From positions 806,001 through 870,000 of the forward strand of contig OZ025784.1 of assembly GCA_964019425.1 (NCBI GenBank): 64,000 bases of DNA, written 5' to 3'. Positions 57,347-64,000 of this stretch are shown in pieces. A program made the translations under genes and the position numbers. Each line of letters begins with the position of its first letter. Position 1 is the stretch's first letter. The DNA comes from Flectonema sp. DT1601. Its lineage: Eukaryota. The notes under the pieces were generated by a model. The model worked only from the letters and a program-made list of their open reading frames with translations, was not told the origin of the DNA and searched no databases.

Positions 57347-58626
57347 CGCGACATTACATTCGATTATACAATTCAATAAGAATTTCACAGCGTTCGTGTG
57401 AAAGTGATAGGCGGAGATCACTACATACTTCTGAGTACTGTTAGTAAAAGAACAGTCGTAATTAAGATCTCAATTGGATATAATACGAAACCTGAGATTA
57501 GTCGAGATGGTTACGAAACCTGAGATTAGTCGAGATGGTTACGAAACCTGAGATTAGTCGAGATGGTTACGAAACCTGAGATTAGTCTAGATGGTTACGA
57601 AACCTGAGATTAGTCGAGATGGTTACGAAACCTGAGATTAGTCGAGATGGTTACGAAACCTGAGATTAGTCGAGATGGTTACGAAACCTGAGATTAGTCG
57701 AGATGGTTACGAAACCTGAGATTAGTCGAGATGGTTACGAAACCTGAGATTAGTCGAGATGGTTACGAAACCTGAGATTAGTCGAGATGGTTACGAAACC
57801 TGAGATTAGTCGAGATGGTTACGAAACCTGAGATTAGTCGAGATGGTTACGAAACCTGAGATTAGTCGAGATGGTTACGAAACCTGAGATTAGTCGAGAT
57901 GGTTACGAAACCTGAGATTAGTCGAGATGGTTACGAAACCTGAGATTAGTCGAGATGGTTACGAAACCTGAGATTAGTCGAGATGGTTACGAAACCTGAG
58001 ATTAGTCGAGATGGTTACGAAACCTGAGATTAGTCGAGATGGTTACGAAACCTGAGATTAGTCGAGATGGTTACGAAACCTGAGATTAGTCGAGATGGTT
58101 ACGAAACCTGAGATTAGTCGAGATGGTTACGAAACCTGAGATTAGTCGAGATGGTTACGAAACCTGAGATTAGTCGAGATGGTTACGAAACCTGAGATTA
58201 GTCGAGATGGTTACGAAACCTTGGACGCGTCCATCGCGGGTTCATTCTTGTTTACGATTTCGAAATTAGTATTTCCCACTCGATATGAAATTAATAAATA
58301 TCCAAATGATCTGACAGTGGCTTTGTCGTCTACTGACAGCATGCAATTCCCGGGGGGTTCGTATCTCTCTTGTACTGATGATTCTGTTATGCTGATTAGA
58401 ACAAGAAAACTCTCATCACATTCGATTGTTCTGCTACTGCAACAGCTGTACCAACAGTAGCGTCGAATACGGCTCCTGCAACGACGGTTCCAACGGCTGT
58501 GCCAACCGCAATCCCAACCGCGATTCCCACAGCAATTCCGACACTCTCGCCAACAACAGCACCAACCGCGTTTCCCACAGCAATCCCTACACTCTCACCA
58601 TCAAGCATTATCACAAGGTAATATGA
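57347..58626 (+). pseudogene. Disrupted gene fragment for a Pro/Thr (PT-repeat) mucin-like surface protein
   Basis: Collapsing the 28-bp array gives ..IKISIGYNTKPEISRDGYETLDASIAG..; after a frameshift, TAVPTVASNTAPATTVPTAVPTAIPTAIPTAIPTLSPTTAPTAFPT. Confidence 0.55.
57484..58221 (+). repeat. Minisatellite, 28-bp unit x26 plus a partial unit
   Basis: acgaaacctgagattagtcgagatggtt from 57485 to 58212; one substitution (gtctag, ~57587). Confidence 0.98.
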
Positions 58627-61462
58627 TTAATAAATAAAAAACAATGGAACTGCTCGGAGTAGTTCCAGTCAGCTCAAAGAGAACAAAACTGTGAACCCGA
58701 TTCCAGTTAGAGTGTGGATTCTATTTTTATGTCATCTTTTCTTGGTCTTTACATACAGTGATTAAGTGCTACAGCCCTGTCAGCTGCAAAAGGAAGAGAT
58801 TTCAATTGCGGAAGACACCAACAGAACAAAACACTGTGAACCTGATGAAATTATCAGCTGTTGGTGTAGTATTGACGAGTCTCTTTTTCAAGTCAGCGCG
58901 CATAGCATGAATTAACAAAGATAACTTTGTTATTCACTACAGATTGCTTTTTTTTGTTTTGTTTTTTTTTTTAATTATTTTTGTTTACTATTTGAAAATC
59001 ATTAATGAGCCGCCTTCTTAACAAACAGAGGCACCTGCTGGTTTCAGTTTTTCACTCGATTATAGTTCCCGTGTTGAGTTAATGCAGATTTAATAATCAA
59101 ATTGTTTTTTTTTTTGTTTTTTTTTGACGAGAGGTATACTCCGTCGAATAAGAACTACACTCTTCTTCTCTCTCCCTCTCTCTTCCTCTCCCGTGAAGGG
59201 TATGTCTTTGGGCCAATCAAGTTCCAGAGTGTCTGCCCCATACATCCCCTCTATCTCTTCCGTCCGGCTTCATCCTGGAAGTCATTATTCCATACAACGG
59301 TTGATGTTGTTTGGGCCACCACATTGTCAACGAGGTGCTTACGTCCCTTCAGCGGGTGCTTGTACAGCTGTTTCCAATGTAGGGGTAGTTGGTGCCACTA
59401 GTAACACCCACCTCCATAGAGACCACCTTAAACTATGTGCGGGTTTGAGGCAATGATGTTGACAATACAAGCTAGTTGTGCTTCAAATATTGGCAGGCGG
59501 TCAAGAGACACGTGGTGCAAGAAAAAAAAGAAAAAAAAAAAAAAAAAAGATTTTTTAACCACAGGCCACGAGGCACTTTTTTTGTATAGAGTTGGCGGTT
59601 TAGGAAACTTTTGTGTCTGGATTAGAGGTTTTCCCTTCTTTTTTTATTCCGTATCTGGGTATAGACACCAGTGTTTGCTCCTTATTGCGGCACCACGCTG
59701 GGGATGCGACTGTGTGAAAACTTGATATCCTTGTTGTTCCGGCTGGCATGTTAACTGTTCTACCCAAACATAGAATCCGGGTTCCCCAATTAAGGTCCTG
59801 ATGCGACTGCGAAAAAGCAAAAACATTCTGTGTGTGTTCGTAAAGGATTTTTCTGATTTCCGACTAGCAGTGCCAAGCCCAATGCAAGTGATTCTTTAAC
59901 CTCCAATTATACTTCGACAACGTCTTCTGGTCAGTAAGACAAGAATTATAGTTTTCTCTTTTTATGTTTACTTTTTTCTAAACGTAGTTTTCTTTGATTA
60001 ACAACTACAAATATTTTCAGTCAAGTACTTGATATTAATTTTGTTTTTAATACCCTAAAGTTGTTACTGTTTTTACATTGTCAAAGTTTCACCCCAGTTA
60101 GCCTTCACCCCCTCAGAAATTACCGGACAAGATCAAAGGCTTAATTATATTTTTCTGTTGACTATTTCTTTTTGAATTTAGCAAAGTATTGTAAGAACGA
60201 AAAAGAATGTTGGGCAGCACGTAAACCTCCTTTAGCTTTATCAATTTAAGTCGATTCACGAGTTTCGTGACACAAGCTACACACTTGTTCTGTGTTGGTT
60301 AAGATTAAGCCAATTCTACAAGTCCAGCCATTTCAATTACTCACATTCTTAACAACGACCTCTGCAAAGAATGTCTTGTCAAACAATGTGGTTATTGGAT
60401 ACGTTGATGGCACAGCAATATGGGCGTACTGGAGTTCCTTTTTGACCAATTCTTTTTGTAGTACTTTTCTGAAGCTTTTCAGGCGTACTGGGTTCCTTTG
60501 GCAGTTATTATTAAGGTTCTTGGACCTTTTGTGTGTAAAGGAGGGATTACGGGTAGACGCTTTCGATAAGGTGCTCTTTTTCGAGTTTAGGTAAAAATAA
60601 CCTTTCTGAGGGCATAATATACCCAACGACTCCATCGGAACCCCAAAAAATGTGATTCTGGCTGAAAAACCTGGTTTCTCATAAAAAATAGCGACGACCC
60701 CACGTTCTGTTTGGTATTTCAGTTGTGGTTATTTCAATCGCTCAAGTGGCGACTGGAGTTGAAAATATTAATCGTCTATTCACAAATGACTCGGAGTTAA
60801 GATTGCTCTGATCGTTGGAGTGGTCACCATGGGTGTTATTTATATTATTGGGAAAATCTACGTCGCTGTTACGAAAAAAAGATGAGCTTGATGAAATTAT
60901 CAGCTGTGGGTGTAGTATTGACGAGTGTTTTTTCAAGTCAGCTTTCTTGTCATTTCTTTGTTCGGATGAATATTTTTTTAAAAAAACGAGTCCTAGAATT
61001 CTTCAATCTTCGAAAAGCTGTTAGCGCCTCGTCACCTATATCTTCTTCTTTCCTCCCTTCCTCTTCTTCTTTTTTTGGTGAATTGTGAGAACTCGGTAGT
61101 TGCTACTTGAAAGCGAAGGAAGAGGAAAAAAAAAAAAACGAATTCACCTCCGGAAAAGTTCGATTACCAATTGAACATAATAAACGGGATACTGTAATTG
61201 CTCGCCTCAAAGTCGTCATGGGAGCACTTGTGTTTCTGTGCGGGTTTGCCGAAAGGGAATGCGTGAACATTCCGCAACCTGAATGCAGAGAACTAATCTG
61301 TGATGAGTTTGACTTATGCAAATTACTTATTGGGATATTGTTGATCTCCGTGGTGTTGTTTTGTGGTCTTCGCTTTTTGTTGTAATTCCGAGTTCTGTTT
61401 CCCCCCCTTTCTGATTGCGAGCTTTTTTTTAGTGCGTTGCCTTTTTATTCCGAACAATACAG

Positions 61463-61500
61463 GTCCGACGCAGTTATGACCTTAAACTGTCTGTCATCTC
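61463..61500 (-). rRNA. Micro-fragment of the same 18S 5' pseudogene sequence
   Basis: tccgacgcagttatgaccttaaactgtctgtcatct resembles tccggcgcagtcatgaccttaaactgactgtcgtct at ~31355-31390. Confidence 0.55.
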
Positions 61501-62746
61501 ACCTGATCCTTTTGGTTTTCATTTCTTGCTGAGTGATATGGCTATGTGCTAAGCCCACAGTACAATTAGAATGCTTTGGACAACTGAGGGTGAAACGATC
61601 CTCGGTACTGTTCCGGGGTTTTCTATTTTCTTTCGTGGTGTGGGCATATGCAACATGTAGTCGTATTATAAAGAAAGATATGTACGAAAGAAGGAAGATT
61701 TTTTATTTTTTTTCACAATCCTCCCCACTCCCAGATCATTTCTCTTTTATTTTCTTTAGTTGTTTACAACCTGTTAGCCTCTGGGCAAGGTGGAGGCTGG
61801 AAGTCGATCACTTCCAGCCAATACTATGAAACTACAATCTTCGCGATTGGGTCCTTACTGATGCGGGCTACCCAGACCCGCTCGTAGTCATCAGTTTGTA
61901 TTTTGCTAAAAAAGAAACTCATGTTTTAACTGTTATGAATCATAGGATTTAATGGTATCTTTTATTATTATTATTATTATTATTATTTTTTAATTTTTTT
62001 TAAAAAAAAAATTTTTAATTTTTCAGTGGACAACAATTTTATAATAAAATACATATTCTAACTAACAAATTTTTTTGGTTGGAATTATTTGTTTAAATTT
62101 GATGTTCCGTTCTTCTCCCTTTTTTTTTTTTTTTTTTAAATTATTTCTTTATAATTACACCTTCCAACCCGATGTTCTTTAGTTTGCTGTATCAGCAATG
62201 CAATGTATTGGACTTCCTTATCTATCTATCTATCAACATAACCAGATGGTATGCGAAGATAATAATTAAAACGCAAAATAAAATATATGAACGACCTCGA
62301 CTAATAACTCGATCGTCAGACAGGTCGAACATAAGAGTTTTAAAATTTGATCAAAAAAAAAAAACATTGCTAGCCCCATATCCTGGCGTAGCTCCGATGA
62401 TTTTCTGCCTTGGAGACGCTTAGATGTTAGGAAACTGCAGAATACTTTTATTTTTTATACTTATCTCTACTTCCCGTTACGGATTGTGTCTTCTGTTGTT
62501 GTGAGTTACCCTCTTAGACTACTCATAATATGCAGAAACGTTTTGGGTTAAAAAAACTAACTTTGATTAACCATTAATACTGACTAAATCTAAATTACTA
62601 TCAAATGAATAATTTTCTATTTCCCATCCTCACTAGTTACACAGACACCCCCCTCCATGGATGATTAATCACTTTCGGTAGGACAGATTCCTATAAAAGT
62701 CATTTTACAATAATTCACACTTAAACTCAACAGTTAAATATAAACC

Positions 62747-64000
62747 ATGAGAGTACTCAGTCTCTTTATATTGTTATCCTTATTGGGTGTTGGTAGTTCA
62801 CAATGCACGGCTTCGACTCTGATTGTGACGGGAAGCACGACTTACGACTGCGCAATTGATTTATCACATGAGGTAACCCTCCACTGGAATCGTGAAACAG
62901 GCGGGGGAGTTGCTTTTGCGGCGACGACGACATCGGTCAACGGATGGTTTTCAGTGTCATTTCCTTATCGTTCGTTTTCCATGATCCCAGCAATTGGTGT
63001 CGCATCGACCAGTGCCACTGCTGCGGGTAGTTTCTCGTTCAATGAAAGGTCAGCGGCTGGAATCACTTCTGTGGTGTCTCCGTTGTTCAACAACCCGACC
63101 ACGGAGATTGTAAACGGGATGCGCATTCTGAGATTCAACGTGGAAGCGGGTTTTCTGTCAACTGGGATGCCAGTGAACTATGCTTTCCATTCCTATGAGA
63201 TGGATTTTCCTGTTAGCAAACATACTTCAGTAAGAAGTGTGATTGTGGATTTTGTTGTACCACTTCCTCCAGTTCCGATAAACTTTGTGACTTGCAGGAC
63301 TTCTAATCTGATTGTGGCGGGCACAACCTACGACTGCGTGGCGGATTTGTCACCTGAAGTAAGCATCCACTGGAATCGCGGTACAGTATTCGGACCAACA
63401 GAATTCGTGGCTACGACGACTTCGGTCAACGGATGGTTTTCAGTGTCGTTTCCACTATCTTTGGGTTCGATGATCCCTGCTATTGGTGTCGCATCGACCA
63501 GTGCCACTACTGCTGACATCATCTCGATTACTGGAAGGTCAGCGGCTGGAATCACTTCTGTGGTGTCTCCGTTATTCAGCAACCCGACCACGGAGATTGT
63601 AAACGGGATGCGCATTCTGAAATTCAACATCGAATCGTCTTTTCGGAACTTTCTCAGTACAATTAACTACGCTTTCCATTCATCTGAGATGAGATTTCCT
63701 GTGAGCAAACATACTTCAGTAGGAAGTTTGTCGGTTAGTTTCATAGGTGTTCAGCCAGGCAGACAACCCGCCCCTGCTCCAACTTGCAGGGCTTCAACTC
63801 TGGTTTTGAGAAAAACCACAACCTACGACTGCATGACTGATTTGTCGCCTGAAGTAAGCGTCCACTGGAATAGTGGGGCATTCTTTGGAACAACAGATTT
63901 CGCGGCGACGACGTCATCGGTCAACGGATGGTTTTCAGTGTCGTTTCCTAATACTTTGGGGTCCATGTTCCCAGCATTGGGTGTTGCTTCGACCAGTGCC
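62747..64000 (+). CDS. 3xDOMON-b561 protein, copy 4 (partial, runs off the window)
   Basis: ATG at 62747; sequence matches the 5' 1.25 kb of copies 1-3. Confidence 0.9.
   Translation, partial: MRVLSLFILLSLLGVGSSQCTASTLIVTGSTTYDCAIDLSHEVTLHWNRETGGGVAFAATTTSVNGWFSVSFPYRSFSMIPAIGVASTSATAAGSFSFNERSAAGITSVVSPLFNNPTTEIVNGMRILRFNVEAGFLSTGMPVNYAFHSYEMDFPVSKHTSVRSVIVDFVVPLPPVPINFVTCRTSNLIVAGTTYDCVADLSPEVSIHWNRGTVFGPTEFVATTTSVNGWFSVSFPLSLGSMIPAIGVASTSATTADIISITGRSAAGITSVVSPLFSNPTTEIVNGMRILKFNIESSFRNFLSTINYAFHSSEMRFPVSKHTSVGSLSVSFIGVQPGRQPAPAPTCRASTLVLRKTTTYDCMTDLSPEVSVHWNSGAFFGTTDFAATTSSVNGWFSVSFPNTLGSMFPALGVASTSA

Noticed and set aside
57484..58221. CRISPR-like 28-bp repeats
   Set aside because: Head-to-tail with no spacers, no cas genes, eukaryotic context

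Overview
Eukaryotic, AT-rich nuclear DNA with long homopolymer runs, probably a euglenozoan protist (diplonemid/kinetoplastid-like). This rests on 18S rRNA fragments with euglenozoan-type variants and intronless genes all on the + strand, often after pyrimidine tracts ending in AG; the taxon is inferred, not proven. 1-10 kb is repeat-rich: a palindrome-bearing satellite, fold-back repeats, a (TCATCG)70 array, and a 3,011-bp DNA transposon (6860-9870; TG..CA ends, TIRs, 5-bp TSD TGGAA) carrying an unusual hAT/P-like DDE remnant and a BED-finger ORF. 10-38 kb holds single-copy genes: a Q-rich membrane protein, class I DAHP synthase, a DOMON/Cu-monooxygenase-like protein lacking Cu ligands, AP endonuclease, BCS1, a PEBP-domain protein, a DHHC palmitoyltransferase and a ubiquitin-like+BspA-LRR protein. 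38-64 kb is a higher-order tandem array of four genes (the last cut by the window edge) encoding three DOMON domains, a Pro/Thr stalk of variable length and a cytochrome b561 domain, interspersed with decayed copies, a 5'-truncated LINE, a 713-bp TIR element with 6-bp TSD and a 28-bp x26 array. Intergenic DNA is largely a same-strand mosaic of 20-300-bp pieces copied from nearby sequence, often joined at microhomologies.
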